Shown here: positions 17,306 through 25,603 of the stretch, piece by piece
Numbering within the stretch: the first letter of the stretch is position 1
Layout of the letters: every line of letters begins with the position of its first letter
Source: Chthonomonadales bacterium
GTDB taxonomy: Bacteria; Armatimonadota; Chthonomonadetes; Chthonomonadales; CAJBBX01
Assembly: GCA_037443035.1 (NCBI GenBank)
Contig: JBBIPC010000005.1
Coordinates: 66,837-130,836, forward strand
DNA: 64,000 bases
Direction: 5' to 3'
Notes under the pieces: model-generated
Seen by the model: only the letters and a program-made list of their open reading frames with translations
Databases searched by the model: none
Told to the model about the DNA's origin: nothing
Position numbers and translations under genes: made by a program

Positions 17306-17440
17306 CCACAGAGCGGGAGATCCAGCTCCCGCCACAAACAGGTGGACTGCGCAGTCGCGAAGCCGGACGAGGTCCCGGCCGCGACCTTGTAAGGCAATGT
17401 CCGCACGTGGATGCGGATTCACCGCGGGAGGTGAACAAGT

Positions 17441-17950
17441 ATGCCTGCACAGTCTACGAGGCCGCTGGACGACGAGAGGTCTGACGTTTCCGCAGCGGCC
17501 ACGCAAGCCGGTCGCCGAAGCTTTCTCGAGTGGCTGCTGGCCACCTTGCTAGTCGTGACCGGCGCTACCTTTGTTCGTCCTGTGCTGTCCTATCTCAGTC
17601 CCCGAAAGAGCGGCAAGGGTGCCCACGTTCTGCTCGGTACTGACGGCCGCTCCATTCCGTATGCACGGCTAGCCACGGAGCCGACACTCGTCGGCATGGG
17701 CGTGGACGGGGAGCCTACGATTGTCGTGAGGTACGCCGGAGAAACAAGGGCATTCTCGGCGGTCTGCACACATCTGGGCTGCCTCGTCAAGTGGGAGGCG
17801 GCCAAGGCCGAGTTCATCTGCCCGTGCCACAACGGCCACTTCGACGCGAACGGTGTCAACGTTGCCGGGCCACCACCCAAACCGCTGAAACGCTTCAAGG
17901 TCTACGCAACGGACAGGGGCGAAATCGGTCTCGAGGAGGTATCGGCATGA
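17441..17950 (+). CDS. Rieske [2Fe-2S] subunit of a cytochrome bc-type complex
   Basis: Tat-like RRSFLEWLL followed by a TM helix. Cluster boxes CTHLGC and CPCHNGHF. Its stop overlaps the cytochrome b start (ATGA at 17947). Confidence 0.9.
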   Translation: MPAQSTRPLDDERSDVSAAATQAGRRSFLEWLLATLLVVTGATFVRPVLSYLSPRKSGKGAHVLLGTDGRSIPYARLATEPTLVGMGVDGEPTIVVRYAGETRAFSAVCTHLGCLVKWEAAKAEFICPCHNGHFDANGVNVAGPPPKPLKRFKVYATDRGEIGLEEVSA

Positions 17951-19011
17951 AGCGCCTCGTTACCTCGGTGTGGCGATGGATAGATACACGCCTGAAGCTC
18001 AGCGATATCTTGCGGGCTACCCTAACCGAGTACATGGTGCCGGCGAACCTCAACTTCTGGCACACACTGGGCTTCGTTCTGGTGACCTGCTTCGTCATCC
18101 AGGTGGTCACCGGCATGCTCCTCCTGATGTACTACGTTCCGGACACCAGCCGAGCTTTCGAATCCGTCCAATACCTCAGCAATGAGGTGCCTTACGGGTG
18201 GCTCGTGCGGAACATCCACGCGATGACATCCCACCTGTTCGTGCTGGCGCTATTCCTCCATATCGCCTCCACCGTCTGGATGCGGGCCTACCGCAATCCG
18301 CGGGAGCTCCAGTGGCTTTCGGGGATGATCCTCCTGGGTCTAGTGCTAGCTGCCGGTCTGTCTGGCTACCTACTGCCGTGGAGCCAGCTCTCGTACTGGG
18401 CGACAACCGTGGCGACCAACGCCGCAGGGAGCATTCCTGTCGTTGGTGATGATCTCGTGCTCTGGATTCGCGGAACGCCGAAGGTGACGCAGTTCACTCT
18501 CGGACGATTCTTCGCGGCGCACGTCTCCATCATTCCGTTCAGCATTCTGGTCCTGATCGGCATCCACCTGCTGTTCCTTCGACTGACAGGTATCTCTGTC
18601 CCAGGGGGTGAGGAGAGGGGTCCGGTCCGCAGAGTGCCATTCTTCCCTCACATGGTGGTGAAGGAGATCGGTTCGGTCTTCGGATTCCTGATCCTTCTGA
18701 ATGTCCTGATCTTCTACTTCCCGCAGATCAACTTCCCCGCGGACGCCCTCATTCCCGCTAATCCGCTCGAAACTCCCGCTCATATCAAACCGCACTGGTA
18801 CTTCCTGGCTAACTACCAGTTCCTGAAGCTCGTGCCCAGCGAGTTTCTCGGTGTTATCCTCCAAGTCGTTGGAGGGATTATCCTTTTCTTCCTGCCATTC
18901 CTCGACACAGGTAAGCGACGGTCCCCGCTCTACAACCGGCTGTTCTACGCGGTGGTCGGTCTCAGCATCCTCGGTTACATCGGCCTGATGGTCTGGGGCT
19001 ACTACTCATGA
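17947..19011 (+). CDS. Cytochrome b (fused b6 + subunit-IV-like, 354 aa)
   Basis: FWHTLG, RNIHAMTSHLFVLALFLH (H-x13-H), GYLLPWSQLSYWATTVATN, AHVSIIPFSILVLIGIH (H-x14-H) and the Qo motif region IKPHWYFL. ATG 17947 is coupled to the Rieske stop; the track start 17791 is a 5-prime shadow. Confidence 0.9.
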   Translation: MKRLVTSVWRWIDTRLKLSDILRATLTEYMVPANLNFWHTLGFVLVTCFVIQVVTGMLLLMYYVPDTSRAFESVQYLSNEVPYGWLVRNIHAMTSHLFVLALFLHIASTVWMRAYRNPRELQWLSGMILLGLVLAAGLSGYLLPWSQLSYWATTVATNAAGSIPVVGDDLVLWIRGTPKVTQFTLGRFFAAHVSIIPFSILVLIGIHLLFLRLTGISVPGGEERGPVRRVPFFPHMVVKEIGSVFGFLILLNVLIFYFPQINFPADALIPANPLETPAHIKPHWYFLANYQFLKLVPSEFLGVILQVVGGIILFFLPFLDTGKRRSPLYNRLFYAVVGLSILGYIGLMVWGYYS

Positions 19012-19829
19012 GGAGGTACGGGTTGATGATGCGCATTCTCGTTACAGCCCTGGCACTATCGGTGGTCGGGGGGGCGGCCCGGGGGCAGAACTCGTGTCTC
19101 GCCTGCCACCGACAGCAAGAGGGTGATCGTGGCGGTCCAGCCCATGACTGGCCGACAAGCGTGCACTTCGTGAACGGGATTGGTTGCCAGGATTGCCACG
19201 GCGGCGACGCCCGTTCCGACGACCCTCAGATCGCCATGAACCCCAAGAACGGCTTCGTCGGTCGGCCAGCTCCAAGGGACGTTCCCAACTTCTGTGGCAA
19301 GTGTCACGAAGCTGTTCGCGACAACTACCTGCAGAGCGCTCATGCAGCCATGCTCCAGGCTGACCCGGCAGCCGCGCCCAACTGCGTCACGTGCCACACC
19401 GCCCATAAACAGCAGAAGGTTACGCTGGACCTCATCAACGAGCGAACGTGCGGCCGGTGTCACGATTACGCACGGGCAGCGAGGCTCAAGGAAGCCATGC
19501 GCGGTATCGAGAACGATGTGCAAGCGGTGACTGCTCGCGAACGTCACGTGTTCCTCCACGGCATCGCCACAGACGACGAACAGAAGGCTATCTTTGCCGT
19601 CCGTAATCAGGCACACAGGCTTACCCACGTCCTGGAGATCCAGAGAATCCTCGGTGCATTGGACAAGGTACGGCCCGACCTGGATCGCGTAGAGGCGCGG
19701 ATTTCGGTCAAGGAGAAGGTCCTGGAGGATAGACGGCGAGAAGGGAACGCTCTCCTCGTGCTCTTCTTCATCGGCATGATCGTCGCCTACGCTACGCACA
19801 AGAGGCTCATGCATACCGCCAGCGGTTGA
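19008..19829 (+). CDS. Pentaheme c-type cytochrome with C-terminal membrane anchor (cytochrome c subunit of the bc-type complex)
   Basis: Signal peptide, then five CxxCH motifs (CLACH, CQDCH, CGKCH, CVTCH, CGRCH) and C-terminal helix LLVLFFIGMIVAYATH. ATGA overlap with the cytochrome b stop. Confidence 0.85.
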   Translation: MRRYGLMMRILVTALALSVVGGAARGQNSCLACHRQQEGDRGGPAHDWPTSVHFVNGIGCQDCHGGDARSDDPQIAMNPKNGFVGRPAPRDVPNFCGKCHEAVRDNYLQSAHAAMLQADPAAAPNCVTCHTAHKQQKVTLDLINERTCGRCHDYARAARLKEAMRGIENDVQAVTARERHVFLHGIATDDEQKAIFAVRNQAHRLTHVLEIQRILGALDKVRPDLDRVEARISVKEKVLEDRRREGNALLVLFFIGMIVAYATHKRLMHTASG

Positions 19830-19870
19830 GGCACGAGTTGGACTGGGGGCGTACGGATTCGAACCAACTC

Positions 19871-19900
19871 TTGACAGGCACTCCTTAGCCGTGCTATATA
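19871..19900 (+). promoter_or_regulatory. Near-consensus sigma70-type promoter
   Basis: TTGACA (19871-19876) - 18 nt - TATATA (19895-19900), 30 nt upstream of GTG 19930. Confidence 0.45.
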
Positions 19901-19929
19901 TTTGTCACGTTCGTGGCAAGGGGAGTGCG

Positions 19930-20631
19930 GTGCATTCGATACGCGTGACATTGGCGGCAGCCCCGCTGGTGGCGCTTCTGCTATGGCCGTCGGCCGCCGC
20001 GGCCGATGTGCGTCACTTCCCCTACACCTACTCCTGGCACCAGCCGTACCGCAACGAGAAGGAGATCGCTTATCACCTGCGGTATCTAGATCGAGACAAC
20101 ACCTTCACCCATCGCTTCGAGTTCGAGTACGGCCTCACAGATCACCTGTCCGTAGCACCCTACGTCGTCTTCACTGGGAATACCGGCGGCGGCTGGACAT
20201 ACGACGCAACGTTGCTAGAGACACGCTGGAACTTCGGAAGTCGCAAGGACGACGTCTGGTTGCCCGCAGTCTACATGGAGTGGAAGAAGGCCAGATCCGA
20301 GCCCTGGGAAGTGGAGGGCAAAATCATCATCACGCGCTATGGCACAGGCGAATCGGATCTCTCGCTCAACTACATTGTCGAGCAACTCCTGGAGACGGGA
20401 GCCAGTGCGCATCATGCGCTGTCTCTGGCGTACAGCAGAACCATCGGTGGCGGCATGCGGGCGGGATTCGAGTGGATTCAGGGTCTCACGTCTCGCAGGA
20501 TCAATGCGGGGCCTGTGTTCTCAAGCTACGTGGGACCAGTGTGGCTCACGGGAGGGCTGGCTCTGCCGCTGAACGGCGTTTCTGGCAATCGCCCCGAGTT
20601 CCGACTCATCGCCTCCCACCACTGGTTCTGA
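19930..20631 (+). CDS. Small outer-membrane beta-barrel protein, function unknown
   Basis: Signal VHSIRVTLAAAPLVALLLWPSAAAA, alternating amphipathic strands and C-terminal ...RLIASHHWF. GTG 19930 has AAGGGGAG 5 nt upstream. Confidence 0.6.
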   Translation: MHSIRVTLAAAPLVALLLWPSAAAADVRHFPYTYSWHQPYRNEKEIAYHLRYLDRDNTFTHRFEFEYGLTDHLSVAPYVVFTGNTGGGWTYDATLLETRWNFGSRKDDVWLPAVYMEWKKARSEPWEVEGKIIITRYGTGESDLSLNYIVEQLLETGASAHHALSLAYSRTIGGGMRAGFEWIQGLTSRRINAGPVFSSYVGPVWLTGGLALPLNGVSGNRPEFRLIASHHWF

Positions 20632-20661
20632 GCTGTCGGCAGGCACACGGTCAACGATGCC

Positions 20662-21300
20662 ATGACAGCAGTGGCGTCCGCTACAGGAGACGTACGGGCC
20701 GCTCGGCGGCTGGCCCTGTTCACCGTCGCCTGGAACCTGACCGAGGCGTTCGTGGCCTTGTTGAGCGGAATACTGGCTGGCAGCATCGCATTGGTCGGAT
20801 TTGGCGCCGACTCCATAGTGGAGAGTCTATCCGGTGCGGTGATGCTCTGGCGTTTCGGGGCGACCGACCACGACGGCCGTCGAGAGAAGCTGGCCTTACG
20901 GTTGGTGGGAGCCACCTTGCTCATCCTCGCTGTGTACGTCGCAGGCGACGCAGCTCAGAGCCTCGCTCGCCGTGAGCCACCCGAGAAGAGCATCCCTGGC
21001 ATCATTCTCGCGATGCTATCGCTGGCCGTAATGCCTCTGCTCGCACGTGCCAAGCGAAGAGTGGCCGGCAGGCTACAGAGCGCCTCGTTACATGCCGACT
21101 CGCGGCAGACCGACATCTGCGCCGTGCTATCCGCCATCTTGCTTGTTGGACTGGCCCTAAATGCCATAGCTGGGTGGTGGTGGGCCGATCCTATGGCTGC
21201 GATCGCTATGACGCCGCTCATCGCGCGTGAGGGAGTGAATGCCGTGCGCGGAGAAGCGTGCGGCTGTGCCGTGCAACATCCTACAGCGAAGTCAGACTGA
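20662..21300 (+). CDS. Cation diffusion facilitator-type cation efflux transporter (short form, membrane domain only)
   Basis: Six predicted helices. CDF-like motifs GSIALVGFGADSIVESLSG and LHADSRQTDICAV. Lies 30 nt after the barrel gene on the same strand. Confidence 0.7.
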   Translation: MTAVASATGDVRAARRLALFTVAWNLTEAFVALLSGILAGSIALVGFGADSIVESLSGAVMLWRFGATDHDGRREKLALRLVGATLLILAVYVAGDAAQSLARREPPEKSIPGIILAMLSLAVMPLLARAKRRVAGRLQSASLHADSRQTDICAVLSAILLVGLALNAIAGWWWADPMAAIAMTPLIAREGVNAVRGEACGCAVQHPTAKSD

Positions 21301-22674
21301 CTCTCCTTGGTTCTCCATGGCGTCGCGGGCCATTCTCACTAGGTCCCGGGCTTCCGGCTCAGTCGGTGCTTCGGCAATGACGCGGATGATAGGCTCCGTG
21401 TTGGACGCCCGGGCCTGCAGCCACCGGTCGGGCCAGATCGCTTTGACGCCGTCGGTGAAGTCGAGCGTCGCGCCAACACAGGCAGCCTGAAGGCGACGCA
21501 GTGCAACGGGTACATCACGCGGACGCGCTGGCATCCGTTCCTTCAACATGGCGTACGCTGGAATCGCAGAACGCAGGTCACGGATCGTCGCGCGCTCCGT
21601 GGCCATGGCCTCCAGGATGTACCCCATGGCTACGAAACTGTCGCGGCACGGATTGATGTGGGGTGCTATGACGCCGCCGTTACCTTCACCACCGATACGC
21701 GCTCCTACCTCCAGCATCTTCTCTACGACATTGATCTCTCCAACCTTCGTGCGGTACAGCGTACAGCCTGTTTCTGAACAGACGTCGTCTATCATGCGGC
21801 TCGTGGAAACGTTGACCACAACCGGTCCAGGACTCCGCCGTGTCGCGTGCCGCACCGCCAGTGCCACGGTCACCTCCTCACCGAGCGGGATGCCGTTCTG
21901 GTCGGCGATGGCCAAGCGATCGGCGTCGGCATCCTGTACAAAGCCAACATCGGCTCCCGATTCCCGAACGGCCATGCCGAGATCCGTCATGTTCTCCGGT
22001 ACGGGCTCTGGACTGTGGGGGAACGGCCTATCGGGGTCCGTGTGGATGGCCACAACCTTGCAGCCCAGACCTTCCAGGAAGGTTGGCGTTGCCCTGGACG
22101 CCGCTCCGTTGCAGCAGTCCACCGCAACGCGAATGCCGGCGCGACGAATGCTCTCCACATCCAGAGCCTGCCGGACGGCTTCCAGGTGACGCGGAATGGC
22201 CGAGCTATCGTGACGCACTTGCGGAACGGCCGCACCGCCGACGCGGGGATAGATACCCTGATGGTAGAGATCCGTGAGCTCGGCGGCTTCGTGAGGGCGG
22301 AGAAGGATGCCGTCCGGACCGAAGAACTTCAGAGCATTCCACTCGATAGGATTGTGACTGGCCGTGAGACAAATGCCGCCGAACGCCCCCATGCGCCGTA
22401 CATGTAGCTGCAACGCCGGCACGGGTAGGATGCCGACGTCCACCGGCGTACATCCCACGCTCTGAAGCCCGGCTATGACCGCGTACTCCACCATCTCCCG
22501 GGATGGTCGGGTGTCCGTTCCCACAAGGATCGGCCCAGCGCCCGCATAGGCACCGAAAGCTGCGGCAAATGACGTCACGAGCTGTGGCGTCAGCGCATCG
22601 CCCACGATGCCCCGCACACCAGAGATGCTGATCTTGAGTGCGAGCTGCTTGCGACGCAACAGGTTCGCAGCCAT
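21292..22674 (-). CDS. Phosphohexomutase (phosphoglucosamine / phosphomannomutase family)
   Basis: Canonical loops: phosphoserine TASHNP, metal DADADR, sugar GEGNGG, phosphate RASNTEP. Confidence 0.85.
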   Translation of the reverse strand: MAANLLRRKQLALKISISGVRGIVGDALTPQLVTSFAAAFGAYAGAGPILVGTDTRPSREMVEYAVIAGLQSVGCTPVDVGILPVPALQLHVRRMGAFGGICLTASHNPIEWNALKFFGPDGILLRPHEAAELTDLYHQGIYPRVGGAAVPQVRHDSSAIPRHLEAVRQALDVESIRRAGIRVAVDCCNGAASRATPTFLEGLGCKVVAIHTDPDRPFPHSPEPVPENMTDLGMAVRESGADVGFVQDADADRLAIADQNGIPLGEEVTVALAVRHATRRSPGPVVVNVSTSRMIDDVCSETGCTLYRTKVGEINVVEKMLEVGARIGGEGNGGVIAPHINPCRDSFVAMGYILEAMATERATIRDLRSAIPAYAMLKERMPARPRDVPVALRRLQAACVGATLDFTDGVKAIWPDRWLQARASNTEPIIRVIAEAPTEPEARDLVRMARDAMENQGESV

Positions 22675-22675
22675 C

Positions 22676-24052
22676 TCAGCGACCTCCGTGCCCCCAGGCA
22701 GCCCGCCGGGCGATCGTCACACACTCGTCGAAGAGCCGGTCGGCATCATCCGCGCTGGATGCTTCCAATATGATCCGCACCAGAGGCTCGGTGTTGGACG
22801 CGCGAACGTGCAACCATGCCTCGGGCCAATCGAATCGAACACCATCTGTAAGGTCGGGCCGGTCCTCGCGGAATCGTTCGCAGAAGCTGTCGAGGATTCG
22901 ACGGACGCTAGTGGGCGGGCAGGGCAGCTCGGCCTTGCGCATATGGTACGCGGGCAGGTCCGCGGCCAGATCCGCAAGCGACCGTCCGCTCACCGATATG
23001 GCCTCCAGCACCGTGGCCAGAGAGAGCAGCGCATCGAATGTAGTCGTGTGCGGTAACGCAGCGACGCCTCCGTTTCCTTCTCCAGCCAGAGCGGCCGACT
23101 CCGTCAGAGCACGGTCCATGACATGGCCTTCGCCAACGCTCGTGCGAATGCATTCGCGGCCGTATTGTCGAGCAACGGCCTCCACCATGCGTGAGGTGGA
23201 TAAGTTCGTGACGACCGGCCCCTCGCGCCGGGCCAGCACGTGCCGCGCCACAATCGGCAGGACACACTCTTCGGAAAGAGCCTCGCCGGCGTGTGTAACG
23301 AGACCCAACCGGTCTCCATCCACGTTGATGGCGGCCCCAAGGTCGGCCTGCACGCTCCGAAGCAGGGCCGCGAGTTGCCGCATGTTCGCTGGTGAGGGAG
23401 CGGGCAAGTGGGCAAAGGAACCGTCCGCATCGTCGTTCAGTGGTATCACTTGGCAGCCAAGGGCGTCGAGGAATCGCTTGCCAAGTTCCGTCGCCGCCCC
23501 GTTGCAGAAGTCCACGGCGATACGAAGTCCTTTGCTGCGGATGGTAGCCGCGTCCACTGCGTCCAGTATGGATGCAACATACGCGTTCGAGGCCTCGGCG
23601 GTGACATGGCGCTTGCCCAGGGCCTGCCATGGCGCCAGCGTAAACGCTGAGGCATGGTAGATGTCCAGCAGCTCCTCGGTGTTGGCAGCGTTGAGAAGCG
23701 CCCCATCCGGTCCTACGAACTTCAGGGCGTTCCAGCGTACGTCGTTATGGCTGCCTGTAATGGAGATGCCACCTGCGGCGCTCCGTGAGCGCACTGCGTG
23801 GCTTACGGCCGGAGTCGTGCACACACCCAGGTCCAGGACATCCGTACCGGTGCTGATGAGCGCCGAAAGAACCGCGGCATGGAGCATGCTCGAGCTGAGA
23901 CGCGTGTCTCGCCCGATCACGACCTCACCGCCGCCGCAATACGTGCCGAAAGCGCTGGCGAAGTCCACCACCAGCTCGGGGGTCATCGCCTCGCCCACGA
24001 CGCCTCGAACGCCCGAGACGCCGATCTTGAGTTGACGAAGTGCGAGATCCAT
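22676..24052 (-). CDS. Phosphohexomutase paralog with divergent active-site loops
   Basis: Same four-domain layout, but TGSHND replaces TASHNP and NVDGDR replaces DxDxDR. GEGNGG and RASNTEP are conserved. Its stop lies 1 nt from the start of the downstream paralog. Confidence 0.8.
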   Translation of the reverse strand: MDLALRQLKIGVSGVRGVVGEAMTPELVVDFASAFGTYCGGGEVVIGRDTRLSSSMLHAAVLSALISTGTDVLDLGVCTTPAVSHAVRSRSAAGGISITGSHNDVRWNALKFVGPDGALLNAANTEELLDIYHASAFTLAPWQALGKRHVTAEASNAYVASILDAVDAATIRSKGLRIAVDFCNGAATELGKRFLDALGCQVIPLNDDADGSFAHLPAPSPANMRQLAALLRSVQADLGAAINVDGDRLGLVTHAGEALSEECVLPIVARHVLARREGPVVTNLSTSRMVEAVARQYGRECIRTSVGEGHVMDRALTESAALAGEGNGGVAALPHTTTFDALLSLATVLEAISVSGRSLADLAADLPAYHMRKAELPCPPTSVRRILDSFCERFREDRPDLTDGVRFDWPEAWLHVRASNTEPLVRIILEASSADDADRLFDECVTIARRAAWGHGGR

Positions 24053-24200
24053 GGGTCTTCTCCGTTAGGGCCATTCTACCGCACGTACCTCGGAGTGTAT
24101 GGAGCGCGTGCACTGAGAGCGGATGCCGCAACCCGAACGATGTCGGGTACGTAGTGTGAATGTGCGGCGGACACGCAGGTCCACCGCCGAGGAGGATCAC

Positions 24201-24899
24201 ATGAAATTCGTCAGTCTCCTTGTATTGGCAGGCCTTGCCGCATCGCCTATTCTCGCCCAGACAACCGACCTCGCTCGGCCGCTCTCGGGCACAGAGCATC
24301 CGCACTCCATGAAACTGAAGCAACTCGACTCGACGTGGCTTCGCCTCGTGATCAAGGGTTCTACCGCGGACAGCGGTTCCTCCGACTTGCTGGGGAACTT
24401 GGCCCGCATCGGCCTCATGTCCCAGGGATCCACGAAGGGTCAGGAAGCGCTCGGTCTTCTCGGTCTGCTGGGCGGTCTTGGCGGCGAGAAACCCGCGGTT
24501 TACTTCACCAAGGGTGCGACGACAACCATCGGGACGGAGACATTCCTCATCGCCTATACCGTCGAAAGGAAAGGGCCCGACCTTCTACAGATGATTGCCG
24601 AAGCCGAGAAGACCGGCAAAGCGCCGCAGCTCAGCGACATTCTTGCATCAGGCAAGTGGTCGGAAGACACCGAAGCCAGCTTGGCTCTTGTCAATGTGCG
24701 GGCCATCGCTCAGATCACGGGCGTCCGTCCCTTCGAGCTGGCCCGTGAGATCGCCGAGAGCGAGAAGGGCACGCTGAGCCTCATGGAGATGATGATGCTT
24801 GGTGCAGTGTCCGAGTCGAAGGAGCCACCACCCGCTGTGGCACCGGCTCCAGCCGCCCCTACCAAGCCCGTGAAGAAGCCGGCCACGAAACCGAAGTAG
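24201..24899 (+). CDS. Secreted hypothetical protein with Pro/Ala/Lys-rich C-terminal tail
   Basis: Strong RBS GAGGAGGA upstream of ATG 24201, signal MKFVSLLVLAGLAASPILAQ and tail PPPAVAPAPAAPTKPVKKPATKPK. I recognise no family. Confidence 0.6.
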   Translation: MKFVSLLVLAGLAASPILAQTTDLARPLSGTEHPHSMKLKQLDSTWLRLVIKGSTADSGSSDLLGNLARIGLMSQGSTKGQEALGLLGLLGGLGGEKPAVYFTKGATTTIGTETFLIAYTVERKGPDLLQMIAEAEKTGKAPQLSDILASGKWSEDTEASLALVNVRAIAQITGVRPFELAREIAESEKGTLSLMEMMMLGAVSESKEPPPAVAPAPAAPTKPVKKPATKPK

Positions 24900-25006
24900 G
24901 GAGATGCACTGACGTCTGCAGCATGAGTTTGGACAGCGGGAGCTTTCCTCCAGCGCCGTGCGTATCGGAACGCATGAGACCATGTCCCAGTGGAGGTAGC
25001 TCCCGC

Positions 25007-25600
25007 ATGAACAACTCGCACTGTCTCCTGCCACTAGCCCTATGGGCGGCGGCGATGACATTTCTTCCTGCAACAGCCTTCTCGTCCGACGGATCGAAGA
25101 CACCAGCCTCGGTGCATGACTTCACTGTCAAGGATATGCGCGGGAAGGACGTCAAACTGAGCCGTTTCAAGGGGAAGGTCCTGCTCATTGTGAACGTCGC
25201 CTCACGCTGCGGCCTGACCCCGCAATACGCTGGGTTGCAGGCGCTTTACGAAAAGTACCGCAAGTCCGGCTTCGTTATCCTCGCGTTCCCTGCCAATGAC
25301 TTCAACAATCAGGAGCCTGGGAGCAATGCCGAGATCGAGCAGTTCTGCAAGACGAAGTATGGTGTGACCTTTCCGGTATTCGCCAAGATCTCCGTGAAGG
25401 GAGAGGCCATGCACCCGCTCTACCGGTACCTCACTTCCAAAGAGACGAACCCGGAGCATAGTGGAGAGATCGAGTGGAACTTCGCGAAGTTCGTCATCGG
25501 CCGGGATGGACGCATCGCGGCTCGGTTCGCGCCGCAGGTGCGGCCTGAGGATCCTGCGGTTGCCAGGGCCATCGAAGGGCTTCTCGAACAGAAACGCTAA
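25007..25600 (+). CDS. Glutathione peroxidase (Cys-type) with signal peptide
   Basis: VLLIVNVASRCGLTPQY, LAFPANDFNNQEP and WNFAKFVIGRDG signatures. The catalytic residue is Cys (TGC 25208-25210). Confidence 0.9.
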   Translation: MNNSHCLLPLALWAAAMTFLPATAFSSDGSKTPASVHDFTVKDMRGKDVKLSRFKGKVLLIVNVASRCGLTPQYAGLQALYEKYRKSGFVILAFPANDFNNQEPGSNAEIEQFCKTKYGVTFPVFAKISVKGEAMHPLYRYLTSKETNPEHSGEIEWNFAKFVIGRDGRIAARFAPQVRPEDPAVARAIEGLLEQKR

Positions 25601-25603
25601 ACG

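Noticed and set aside
19844-19865. Intact tRNA gene on the minus strand (GGTTCGAATCC T-loop)
   Set aside because: Only the T-loop, 3-prime T-stem and acceptor 3-prime strand are recognisable. The 5-prime T-stem does not pair, and no acceptor 5-prime strand (GGGGGCG), D-arm or anticodon arm lies upstream. It is kept only as a possible att-like fragment or hairpin loop.
25208-25210. Selenocysteine in the glutathione peroxidase active site
   Set aside because: The catalytic codon is TGC (Cys), not in-frame TGA, and no SECIS-like hairpin is needed.
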